A DNA stretch of 64,000 nucleotides from an uncultured Candidatus Saccharibacteria bacterium (GCA_964601935.1 CAZROP010000001.1:98428-162427); one strand, 5' to 3'. Positions 11,730 to 20,988 are shown, counted from the first letter of the stretch. Translations and numbers: made by a program. Notes: generated by a model from the sequence alone, not told the origin.

Positions 11730-12512
11730 TTAGACAAAGATGAGCATGCCCTGGAGTGATAACCACCAAGTAATAACAAATCCCGCTATTAAACAAGGTC
11801 CGTACGCAATAGGGCGTGATAGACGCTGTGATTTTCCCGAATGATAATCTTTCCACATCAACACACATGCATAACCTAACCCTATCCACGTGGAAAATAA
11901 CAATGTGAACAACGCCCCCTGCCATGTACCGATCACTACTGATAGTCCCAGTAATAATAACGGGTCTCCTAATCCCATTGCGCGCCCACGTGACAGAGCA
12001 ACAATGGTGAACAGTAGTAGCGCAGGAATAGCAAGATATACATATCCCATAACTGTATGCACAATTCCTAATTCAGGTAGCGCTACAAACCGATATATGA
12101 CACCTATACACAATAAAGCAATTAGATAATCCAATGGCAAAAAATGTGACCGAGCATCATAGATTGTTAACACTGCGCATATTGATATAACAATACAGCC
12201 AAACACCAGCGTTACAGGATCAGGCGACACTAACCCTTGTATACCAAACAGCAGCCCCATGACTACCTCAACCCATAGAGCAGTCTTACCTATACGAGAT
12301 TCGCAGGATCGACATCGTCCACGCAACCGCAGATATGACCAAATTGGCACGAGATCACGCACCTCGATCTGTGTACCACATCGGTCACAGCGGGAACGTC
12401 CCTGCAAAGTACGCACCCCCATGCGAGATGTTACGACCAACAGAAAACTCCCCATGATAGATCCTAGTCCGAAGAGAAATACAAATTTTATAATCTCAAA
12501 AATACTATCCAT
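11730..12512 (-). CDS. pilD: Prepilin peptidase (A24)
   Basis: GSFLLVV, RSRCDRC, RGRCRSC, MGLGD, IAYGPCL. Confidence 0.93.
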   Translation of the reverse strand: MDSIFEIIKFVFLFGLGSIMGSFLLVVTSRMGVRTLQGRSRCDRCGTQIEVRDLVPIWSYLRLRGRCRSCESRIGKTALWVEVVMGLLFGIQGLVSPDPVTLVFGCIVISICAVLTIYDARSHFLPLDYLIALLCIGVIYRFVALPELGIVHTVMGYVYLAIPALLLFTIVALSRGRAMGLGDPLLLLGLSVVIGTWQGALFTLLFSTWIGLGYACVLMWKDYHSGKSQRLSRPIAYGPCLIAGFVITWWLSLQGMLIFV

Positions 12513-12514
12513 AT

Positions 12515-13090
12515 TTAGTATGCGGCAGGCGCAACCACATCGTAATAATCTGCGCCAAAGTCACCGTTGTTTACCAGTACTCCACCCCCACAACGTTGCC
12601 ACCCAAATGCAGCCTTTGAATCCGCCCAACTCTGTCCACGTTTTTGTGCACGACTGATAGGAACTGCCATAGCATCAGACATTTTTATGCCCAAGTGAAA
12701 ACTGGTACAACGATTACTGCTCACAGCCCCTGCGGATCCTGAACGGACCAGTGCATAATACGACACGATGTTAGGATCGAATATAAAACCTGGCGGCAAT
12801 AGTGATCCCAGCGTCACACCTCCTGGGCACACACCTCCATTTACTCCCGGCAGACCATTCGACGCATTGATGTCGAGCTTGCCAGCAGGATTGTCTTTTG
12901 GATAACTACGGCACCGTTCACGGTACTGATAGAGTGACTGTTCGATAATACCTATATTTGCTGCGAGTTTTTCATCTTGAGATCGTCGACGAATACTAGC
13001 AATGTTGGGCAACACGACTGCCAAAAGTGCTCCGATTACAGCAGCAACAATCAGTATTTCTATCATAGTAAATCCACGCAAGTATTTCAT
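12515..13090 (-). CDS. Type IV pilin / GspG-like pseudopilin
   Basis: RG|FTMIEILIVAAVIGALLAVVLP...LYQY...YP. Confidence 0.85.
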   Translation of the reverse strand: MKYLRGFTMIEILIVAAVIGALLAVVLPNIASIRRRSQDEKLAANIGIIEQSLYQYRERCRSYPKDNPAGKLDINASNGLPGVNGGVCPGGVTLGSLLPPGFIFDPNIVSYYALVRSGSAGAVSSNRCTSFHLGIKMSDAMAVPISRAQKRGQSWADSKAAFGWQRCGGGVLVNNGDFGADYYDVVAPAAY

Positions 13091-13138
13091 ATAGAGACAG
13101 TATACCGCGTTCTAGCCTGTTTGTGTCTGTGGATACAA

Positions 13139-13170
13139 GAAAACCCCTCTGTATAAGAAGGGGCTTTCTT
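13139..13170 (-). terminator. Intrinsic terminator after surface protein paralog 1
   Basis: Imperfect hairpin GAAAACCCCT...AGGGGCTTTC with T-run on minus strand. Confidence 0.6.
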
Positions 13171-13186
13171 TCTACTGCTTGTCTGA

Positions 13187-15223
13187 TTAATTCAAAGACA
13201 AGGTATAGTAGGTAGTTTCGAATGCGTTTGCAGGATTCAGTGTTTGAGGATTCGCACCCTGAGTCAACGAAGAATCAGCAAATGTTTGAACCTGATTTAC
13301 CTGGACTCGGTACAGATTAGTATTGTGTCCTGCTGTTCCTGTCAGAACGATGTTTAGGATAAATTGACGCTCCGTGCTTGGATCAATACGGAATGCTCCA
13401 TTCTGCACCGGAGTACCTGCTGAAGACAACGTTGCAGAGTACGGAATTGACTTTGTCGCACCCAACACATCTTCGAACGTGAAGGTAACTGCGCTCGTAC
13501 CACTTGCAGTGATGCCGTTCTGAGCAATCTGAGAAATGAATGCAGTCTCGTCAAAGGCGCGAATATTTACTGGAATGGTGATGGTTCGTGTTAGTGTATC
13601 GCCTGAGCCGTTTGAGGTTGAAGTTGTCGAAACTCCACCCATAGCCACCTGAACACCGAGCGAACGCAATGTCTGATCACTACCCGTTGCTGACCCGCTA
13701 CGATTGTACACGGTATCCTCATTAACATTATTCAGCTCTATTACTGATGCTGAAACGTTTGCAGAAGTATAGTCTGCACGGATAGTGTCCCCCTCGTCGA
13801 ATTCGGTAGTAACATTTCCTGTTGCTGACTCGACATCATTCAGGTCAGCGCGAATTTCGAATCGTGTAGTACTATTAGCACCTACAACCTGATTCAATCT
13901 ACTGTACTGACCGAATGTAACAGTTTGTATACTGGATCCGCTTGGTATTGATTCGCTAGCAACATAAGTACCATTGACGTATAGATACAGTGTTTTTACG
14001 AGCGCTTCGACATTCGGAACAACACCTGTAGTACTGTTCGCTGTCAGAGTGATCGGCAAACGCTGAACCTTCATAGAGCTATTCTCTGCACGAACATCGA
14101 ATGCCAGCAGCAACTGACCGTTCGTAGGTGAGGTGCGGGATACCTGGAGTGTTTGTGCTACAGGACTATTAGACGCAGTAGTCACGCGGTAACGCTGATC
14201 CGATGATGTTCCTCCAGCACGCTGGAAGTCGACATTCGATGTATAGGTACTACCTGTTGAATCAGAGCCATAATCACGGTAACGTCCATTTGCAGATGCT
14301 GCGCTGATAAAGTTACCGTCGCCTATAGCAGTAGTTGAATTACCGAGTGATACAGCCCACGAATCATTGTCCGTATCTACACTGTCGATAACATTTTGTG
14401 CAGTTACTGAAACAATAATTTGGCTGCGCTGATCACGACGAACCACACCATTCATTCCGGTAAACCGGTAGGTATAGGTATCATTAGATTCGTCAGAATA
14501 CGCGCTTGCAGACTTGCTTCCGATCTTTACACCATCTAACCAGATAGATACCTCTGAAATGTATCGGGTAATTCTTTTGTTAGATAGGTTACTAGAATTA
14601 TAAAATGATACATTGATTCCATCTATACGCTGATCTCCATCACGGGCGGTCACCTCTACACCGAGTACACGTATATCGGTGTCACCTGCTGACACACGAG
14701 TGTTATTGTAAGAGCCCAATCGATTGAGAGCGACCAGAGTTCCCTCTGCACCAGAATTATAGTTGTAATAATTATTTGTGTTGTTCGTAGAAAACAGTGG
14801 CAGTGTACAGTTACTTGCCAATGTCATACCGTTGGGGCACAAAGACTGATTAGAATTTGAGTTATAGTACTGAGTAGTATATGAGCTATTACTATTATGA
14901 GTATAGTTGCCTGTGAATGGAGTAGTATCCTCGTCAAGACAATCATTCAACGCCTCTGCAGTAAGACGACCAACGTATCCAACAGGTGAAATGCCGTTCT
15001 CTCGCTGAAAACGACGTACTGCTGATGCGGTACGGCTACCCCAGCGCCCATCTACAACAAGGAATACATCAGTACACTGGTTCAGTGCGCTTTGCACCTC
15101 GGCAATACGGCTGCGGAATGACCCAGCACGCACTGTTGGTATGATCTCGGCAAAAACTGTTCCTGTAGACAGAAAGAGTCCTAGAAATGCTGCTAATACA
15201 AGTTTATTCGTAATTGATTTCAT
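13187..15223 (-). CDS. Secreted PG-binding-domain surface (S-layer-like) protein, paralog 1
   Basis: Signal peptide ending VFA|E; PG_binding_1-like VDGRWGSRTASAVRRFQRENGISPVGYVG; Ser/Thr/Asn-rich beta-rich body. Confidence 0.8.
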   Translation of the reverse strand: MKSITNKLVLAAFLGLFLSTGTVFAEIIPTVRAGSFRSRIAEVQSALNQCTDVFLVVDGRWGSRTASAVRRFQRENGISPVGYVGRLTAEALNDCLDEDTTPFTGNYTHNSNSSYTTQYYNSNSNQSLCPNGMTLASNCTLPLFSTNNTNNYYNYNSGAEGTLVALNRLGSYNNTRVSAGDTDIRVLGVEVTARDGDQRIDGINVSFYNSSNLSNKRITRYISEVSIWLDGVKIGSKSASAYSDESNDTYTYRFTGMNGVVRRDQRSQIIVSVTAQNVIDSVDTDNDSWAVSLGNSTTAIGDGNFISAASANGRYRDYGSDSTGSTYTSNVDFQRAGGTSSDQRYRVTTASNSPVAQTLQVSRTSPTNGQLLLAFDVRAENSSMKVQRLPITLTANSTTGVVPNVEALVKTLYLYVNGTYVASESIPSGSSIQTVTFGQYSRLNQVVGANSTTRFEIRADLNDVESATGNVTTEFDEGDTIRADYTSANVSASVIELNNVNEDTVYNRSGSATGSDQTLRSLGVQVAMGGVSTTSTSNGSGDTLTRTITIPVNIRAFDETAFISQIAQNGITASGTSAVTFTFEDVLGATKSIPYSATLSSAGTPVQNGAFRIDPSTERQFILNIVLTGTAGHNTNLYRVQVNQVQTFADSSLTQGANPQTLNPANAFETTYYTLSLN

Positions 15224-15449
15224 AGATAAGTAATTAGTGTTAACTCCAGACTAGTAGTTGTCTCGAGGTTGTGGCACACAAGAGAGAGTTTATCACGTTT
15301 GGTGATCAGCCTGCACTCTGCAATGCCTTACCCCAAAGAAGACGTATTTACTAGGGATAAACGACGGTTATCTGTGGATAATCGGGTTGATAAGGGCTAT
15401 ACAATACCTTTTTAGACCTAACTACCCGTTTCAGACCATCTGGTTGTGT

Positions 15450-15478
15450 ATAATACACCATTATACTAGATATGTCAA
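15450..15478 (-). promoter_or_regulatory. Sigma70-type promoter of paralog 1
   Basis: TTGACA-17-TATTAT; implies a leader of about 220 nt. Confidence 0.65.
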
Positions 15479-15522
15479 TTTGTGCGCGGCCCACCAACAG
15501 AAGCATAGTTTCCGTCCAAACA

Positions 15523-15546
15523 AAAACCCCGCCGAAGCGGGGTTTT
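15523..15546 (-). terminator. Intrinsic terminator after paralog 2
   Basis: AAAACCCCGC-TTCG-GCGGGGTTTT on minus strand. Confidence 0.85.
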
Positions 15547-15589
15547 GAGATTATCTCCAGAGAACTAGAGAGTCTTATCTGGCTCAAGA

Positions 15590-17662
15590 CTAATTGAGAT
15601 TCAGAGTATAGTATGAAGTTTCAAATGCATTCACTGGAGTCAGATCCTGTAAGGCCTGTCCGGTAGTCAATGAACTATTACTATAACTGTTGATCTTGTT
15701 CAGCTGTACACGGTACTGCTTTTGGGAGTTGCCTGTAGTTCCACTAATTACCACTGTCAAGATAAAGTTTTTCGTACTACCGGCGTCTACACGGTATGCG
15801 CTACCCTCTACGGTTGCATTTGATGATGTCCAGGTAGCAGAGTTAGGGATAACCTTTGTAGAACCAACGGCATCCTCGAATGTAAATGCGAGAGCCTCTG
15901 TGCCAGCAGGTGTTAACCCATTATATGCTATCTGAGATAGATATGCGGTTTCATCGAATGCTTTTACAGTTACAGGTACCCTGATAGTACGCGACAGAAC
16001 TTCGCCAGAATTATTCGCGGTCGCCTCTGTTGTTGCAGCACCCATCGTCACCTGTAAACCAGTCGAACGCAGTGTTTGGTTCTCTCCTGTAGCTGAACCT
16101 GAGCGATTCATCAGAGTATCCTGGTTAACATTGTCCAATTCCACAACAGTGTTAGTGAGATTGGTTGGGGTAAAGCTCGCAGCAATCTTATCTCCGTTGT
16201 CGAAGTCTGTTCCAAGGACACCAGTGTTCTCAGTGTCATTGAGGTCAGCACGAACTTCAAACTTTACAGTTGCGTTTGATGCAATCTTGTAGTTCAACTT
16301 TGATGAGTTACCAAAGATGATTGTCTCTGTAGCAGAGTCAGTTCCATCCTGTGGTACTGATTCATCAGCGATCTTTACACCGTTAGCATAAAGCTTTAAT
16401 GACTTTACGATACCGTTTGTGTAAGGAACGAATCCATCAGATGTTCCGTCAACTGCACCTAGAGTAACAGGGAGTTTCTGGAGAATCATTGCAGCATTTT
16501 CAGCCTTTACATCCATAGCTAACAGCAGTACATCATTAGTATCCGCGGTCTGGGACACTTGTACAGTTTGGGATGCTGGGTTCGACGACGACGTTACCAC
16601 ACGGAATCTTTGATCTGATGATACACCTCCAGCCTTCTGGAAGTCGATAGTAGAAGCCGAGAGATCGCCACCAAAATCACGATAACGTCCATTTGCAGAT
16701 GCAGCTGATAGGTAGTTGGAATTTGTTCCTGCCACTATTGCGCCCGCCTCTACCATCCAAACTTCGTTGTTCGCATCGGCAGAATCCATAGATCCTGCAC
16801 CCGTGACGGCGACTGTTATTTGTGACTTCTGACCAGCTCTGATCAAACCATTCATGCTTGAGAATCGGTATGTGTAGGTGTCTCCAGAATCATCTGAATA
16901 CTGTGAAGCCAGCTTGCGGCCGATTTCTACTCCATCCAACCAGATTGATACATCTGACGCGTACTTGGTAATTCGAGTACTTCCTGTACCAGTATTCTTG
17001 AACGCGATGTTCAATCCATCAATGCGCTGGTCTCCATCTCGAGCTGTTACCTCAACTCCATAGACTTTGATATCTCGCTCACCTTCAGAAACCTTGGTGT
17101 TGTTATATGAACCAAGTTTTGTGATATTGGTAAGACTGCCTTCGGGACCGTTGGTAGTTTGAGTACTATTGTTTGGGGACAATGTGCAGTTACTTGCCAA
17201 TGTCATACCGTTGGGACAGAGCTGTACAGTAGTATTGTTCCCTGGTGACAAGGTACAGTTACTAGCGAGAGTCATACCATTAGGACACAGTGACACTGAC
17301 GTCGAACCAGGCATCAATAGACAATTACTTGCTACTGTTGCTCCGTTAGAACAGAGTGCCGGACTTGGATCTGGCTGATTTGCGTCCCAACAATCGTTGA
17401 GGGCATTGGCGGTGCGCGCACCGATAATTCCATCAGCTACGAGATCATTCTCGTTTTGAAACTTTTTGACTGCTGCAAGAGTCTTTGGACCCCACAGACC
17501 GTCAACTTTCAAATTCATATCCAAACAACTATTTAAAATTGCCTGAACTTCGCCGACTCGTGTTTTGGACGAACTTGCACGCACTGTAGGTATAACTTCT
17601 GCGAAGGCATTGCCGACAACAAGAAATACTCCTAAAAATGTTGCTAATAGTAATTTTTTCAT
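15590..17662 (-). CDS. Secreted PG-binding-domain surface (S-layer-like) protein, paralog 2
   Basis: Signal peptide AFA|E; VDGLWGPKTLAAVKKFQNENDLVADGIIG; three C-x-NG-x-T-x-ASNC repeats. Confidence 0.82.
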   Translation of the reverse strand: MKKLLLATFLGVFLVVGNAFAEVIPTVRASSSKTRVGEVQAILNSCLDMNLKVDGLWGPKTLAAVKKFQNENDLVADGIIGARTANALNDCWDANQPDPSPALCSNGATVASNCLLMPGSTSVSLCPNGMTLASNCTLSPGNNTTVQLCPNGMTLASNCTLSPNNSTQTTNGPEGSLTNITKLGSYNNTKVSEGERDIKVYGVEVTARDGDQRIDGLNIAFKNTGTGSTRITKYASDVSIWLDGVEIGRKLASQYSDDSGDTYTYRFSSMNGLIRAGQKSQITVAVTGAGSMDSADANNEVWMVEAGAIVAGTNSNYLSAASANGRYRDFGGDLSASTIDFQKAGGVSSDQRFRVVTSSSNPASQTVQVSQTADTNDVLLLAMDVKAENAAMILQKLPVTLGAVDGTSDGFVPYTNGIVKSLKLYANGVKIADESVPQDGTDSATETIIFGNSSKLNYKIASNATVKFEVRADLNDTENTGVLGTDFDNGDKIAASFTPTNLTNTVVELDNVNQDTLMNRSGSATGENQTLRSTGLQVTMGAATTEATANNSGEVLSRTIRVPVTVKAFDETAYLSQIAYNGLTPAGTEALAFTFEDAVGSTKVIPNSATWTSSNATVEGSAYRVDAGSTKNFILTVVISGTTGNSQKQYRVQLNKINSYSNSSLTTGQALQDLTPVNAFETSYYTLNLN
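16179..16480. repeat. 302-bp exact repeat, copy 1 (copy 2 at 19059..19360)
   Basis: Base-by-base identical at offset 2880, with mismatches immediately on both sides. Confidence 0.92.
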
Positions 17663-17910
17663 AGTGATAAGTTATTACTTATTTCTGGTAGTCCCAGGCC
17701 AAACAAAAAATATATGGCCTGAATTGGCACGAGTGAGGTGACCGACGAGACCTGATCACTGGCGCCTATACTAATATAGACGCTTCTTGTAGGTCGCTGT
17801 GACGGTTTATACAACAGAAGTTATGTAGTGTAACATATAAAGAGAAAGTCAATGGGCGGATTCGCTTTATAGTATTGGCGTTCGAGCCCCTCTCCTTTTA
17901 GGAGAGTATA

Positions 17911-18114
17911 TTAGGTAGAATACTGATCTCCATCGATGAACATCGTATTCTCACCGAACAAAACCATCGAGGCAGTAGCGACAATAGCGTCTAGCTTTGA
18001 CTCTGCACCATCTGCGGGTTGTATTTGAATTCCTTGCGACTCTCTCAGCAAATTATAAACCCTTAAAGTTTCTATGGAATCGAGTAGTCGATATTTCTTT
18101 CTTACCTTGGTCAT
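17911..18114 (-). pseudogene. Doc/Fic toxin remnant (internally deleted)
   Basis: SKLDAIVATASMVLFGE resembles Doc LESAL-x4-TFGG and is joined directly to MFIDGDQYST, a decayed HPFxDGNKRT. Confidence 0.45.
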
Positions 18115-18241
18115 AGAGCTTCAGCGATTCAAGTACTTTTCCATGTTTATCGATCTGTTGTCTTACAACAAAAGCCACATCATTATCATGTGACGATTTA
18201 GTTCGAAATTTATTCCATACGGTTCGGACAATGTTTACCAT
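18053..18241 (-). CDS. Small protein, putative antitoxin partner
   Basis: 62 aa, overlaps the Doc-like ORF, own promoter-like TTGAGA-17-TATAAT. Confidence 0.45.
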   Translation of the reverse strand: MVNIVRTVWNKFRTKSSHDNDVAFVVRQQIDKHGKVLESLKLYDQGKKEISTTRFHRNFKGL

Positions 18242-18390
18242 AACAGTATTATACTACCTTGTTCGGGTAATCTCAATAGTCTTTCTAATCCCTGGGCTTT
18301 GCATAGAAAAATATAGTCGCTGTGCTCCTTGTTCTTACAATCCCCAACGCCTGGAGGCTCGAGGATGATAGGAAAGAAAGGGTTAGTAAC

Positions 18391-18417
18391 AAAAACCCCG
18401 CCGGAGCGGGGTTTTTT
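18391..18417 (-). terminator. Intrinsic terminator after paralog 3
   Basis: AAAAACCCCGC-TCCG-GCGGGGTTTTT; one base different from the paralog 2 terminator core. Confidence 0.85.
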
Positions 18418-18463
18418 GTTGTAACTCGTACGAGTTCAGACTAACCAATTATCAAGGTAACGA

Positions 18464-20437
18464 TTACGCGTTTGTCTTGTTAAGAGTGTAGAATGGAGTC
18501 TCGAATCCGTTAGCAGGAGTCAATGACTGTAGAGCCTGACCTGCGTTCATAGCAGCGTTTGTCCAACCATTAACCTGGTTCAACTGAATACGGAACTGGT
18601 TCTGAACCTGTCCTGTTGCTCCAGTTAGAACTACAGTCAACAAGAAGTTCTTTGTAGAACCAGCGTCGATACGATATGCACTTCCTTCTACTGTAGCATC
18701 AGTTGATGTCCATGTAGCAGAGTTAGTGATAGTTTCTGTAGCTGCGCCAGCGTCTTCAAATGTGAATGCGATAGCGTTTGTTCCAGTTGCTGTTGCTCCG
18801 TTCAGAGCAGCCTGAGATACATACATAGTCTCGTCAAACGCAGTGATTGATACTGGAACCTTGATTGTACGGTTCAGGATTTCACCACTTGTGTTTGATG
18901 TAGCTTCTGTAGTAGTAGTTCCCATAGTGATCTGCATACCAGTTGATCGCAATGTCTGGTTTTCACCAGTTGCTGATCCTGACTTGTTCGCTACAGTATC
19001 CTGGTTGAAGTTATCCAACTCGATAGTAGCGTTAGTCATGTTTGTTGAGGTAAAGCTTGCAGCAATCTTATCTCCGTTGTCGAAGTCTGTTCCAAGGACA
19101 CCAGTGTTCTCAGTGTCATTGAGGTCAGCACGAACTTCAAACTTTACAGTTGCGTTTGATGCAATCTTGTAGTTCAACTTTGATGAGTTACCAAAGATGA
19201 TTGTCTCTGTAGCAGAGTCAGTTCCATCCTGTGGTACTGATTCATCAGCGATCTTTACACCGTTAGCATAAAGCTTTAATGACTTTACGATACCGTTTGT
19301 GTAAGGAACGAATCCATCAGATGTTCCGTCAACTGCACCTAGAGTAACAGGGAGTTTCTGAACGATCATAGCTCCGTTCTCAGCCTTTGCGTCGAGAGCT
19401 AACAACAATACGTCATTAGTGTCTGAAGTCTGAGAGACCTGAATAGTTCGCTCAAGTGGGTTAGTTGATGAAGTGATCACCTTGAACTTCTGGTCAGATG
19501 ACGCACCTCCAGCCTTCTGGAAGTCGATAGTTGATGCAGCCAAAGCTGGACCAAAATCACGGTAACGTCCATTTGCAGATGCTGCAGAGATGTAGTTAGT
19601 AGTGTTAGCAGATACGTTTGTTCCTGCATCTACGGTCCATGTCTCGTTAGTAGCATCAGTAGAATCCAGAGAACCTGTTGCTGTTACAGCAACGATCAAC
19701 TGTGACTTCTGATTCATCTTAACAACACCATTCATTCCAGAGAATCGGAATGTATAGATGTCTCCGGCATCACCAGAGAACTGAGATGCAAGCTTGCGGC
19801 CGATTTCTACACCATCCAACCAGATTGATACCTCAGAAGCGTATTTTGTAAACTTCTTTGATGAAGATCCGTTAGAGTTGTAGAAAGCAACATTGAATCC
19901 GTCGATCTTCTGATCGCCGTCCTTTGCAGTCAATTCTACTCCATACACCTTAACGTCCTTGTCTCCTTCAGATACTTTCGTACTGTTGTAAGAACCAAGA
20001 CGAACAATGTTTGAGAGGTTTCCTTCTGGACCACTTACTGTTGTAGTAGTAGTGGTAGTTGGAGCAACTGTACAGTTACTTGCCAATGTCATGCCATTAG
20101 GGCAGAGGTCAGAGGTAGTAGTTGTAGTTGTGGTAGTAGTAGTTGTACTGTCACCATCTACACAGTCGTTAAGAGCTGCTGCAGTTAGTGGACCAACAAA
20201 TCCTACTTTTGATAGATCGTTATCAGCCTGGAAAGCCTTTACAGCTGCAGTAGTTTTTGCACCCCACAGACCGTCTTCAACCAATCCAGCGTCTGAACAT
20301 TCGTTCAGAGCAGCCTGAACTGCTTCAACACGAGCACGTGATGAGCCTTTCTTTACCGTAGCGGTAATTTCTGCAAAAGCAGATGTTGAAACTCCGAGAG
20401 CCAACAATGCCGCGATTGCCATTACGTTTTTTGACAT
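18464..20437 (-). CDS. Secreted PG-binding-domain surface (S-layer-like) protein, paralog 3 (probable major copy)
   Basis: Signal peptide AFA|E; EDGLWGAKTTAAVKAFQADNDL; poly-Thr linkers; frequent ACT/ACA/GCT/AAC codons suggest high expression. Confidence 0.82.
   Translation of the reverse strand: MSKNVMAIAALLALGVSTSAFAEITATVKKGSSRARVEAVQAALNECSDAGLVEDGLWGAKTTAAVKAFQADNDLSKVGFVGPLTAAALNDCVDGDSTTTTTTTTTTTSDLCPNGMTLASNCTVAPTTTTTTTVSGPEGNLSNIVRLGSYNSTKVSEGDKDVKVYGVELTAKDGDQKIDGFNVAFYNSNGSSSKKFTKYASEVSIWLDGVEIGRKLASQFSGDAGDIYTFRFSGMNGVVKMNQKSQLIVAVTATGSLDSTDATNETWTVDAGTNVSANTTNYISAASANGRYRDFGPALAASTIDFQKAGGASSDQKFKVITSSTNPLERTIQVSQTSDTNDVLLLALDAKAENGAMIVQKLPVTLGAVDGTSDGFVPYTNGIVKSLKLYANGVKIADESVPQDGTDSATETIIFGNSSKLNYKIASNATVKFEVRADLNDTENTGVLGTDFDNGDKIAASFTSTNMTNATIELDNFNQDTVANKSGSATGENQTLRSTGMQITMGTTTTEATSNTSGEILNRTIKVPVSITAFDETMYVSQAALNGATATGTNAIAFTFEDAGAATETITNSATWTSTDATVEGSAYRIDAGSTKNFLLTVVLTGATGQVQNQFRIQLNQVNGWTNAAMNAGQALQSLTPANGFETPFYTLNKTNA
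19059..19360. repeat. 302-bp exact repeat, copy 2
   Basis: Identical to 16179..16480. Confidence 0.92.
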
Positions 20438-20959
20438 ATATATAGAATAATAAATTAGATCTAATTAACTATTAAAGTTACGGTTAAGGTAACTAATAAT
20501 TTTGGTATTCTCGGTATCATTGCTGATACTGATAGCACCGGGTGTACAACGTGATACATGTTATCGGTCATGAGGCGACACCATGAACCAAGTTCTAACA
20601 GACATATTATGATGGGCGCGGTGCATGCCACAGAAGGTTGTCAGAAATCGGAAAGGTGTATGCAATCCGAAAGTCATTCAATCATCTGCAGCAGCGCCAC
20701 ACCAACACCAGTCCTATGACTGTTAGTAACGTGGTCCATATTATGTATACCGATCCAATAACACCACCACAGAGTACGAGTTGTTAAACAAGTTTTGTGT
20801 GCATAGTATAACTGTTACTCACAGCGCAACTATGCAGTACGCAGTGATGAAATAATTCCATTAACTTGTTCAGTTTCGGGGACACATTCAGTGCATTGAA
20901 TAGGTCAGACACTCTATATAGAGACAGCCGCAGCCAGCCCAATATACAGCGATGAGAAT

Positions 20960-20988
20960 AGTATAGGTGACGAATGTCATCTATGCAA
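20960..20988 (-). promoter_or_regulatory. Sigma70-type promoter upstream of paralog 3
   Basis: TTGCAT-17-TATACT; implies a leader of about 515 nt. Confidence 0.6.

Noticed and set aside
16179-19360. Diversity-generating retroelement TR/VR pair
   Set aside because: The copies are identical with no adenine-specific mismatches, both lie inside CDSs, and no reverse transcriptase is present.
20030-20150. Phase-variable simple sequence repeat in the poly-Thr tracts
   Set aside because: The tracts are mixed-codon triplets, so slippage would change linker length but not the reading frame.
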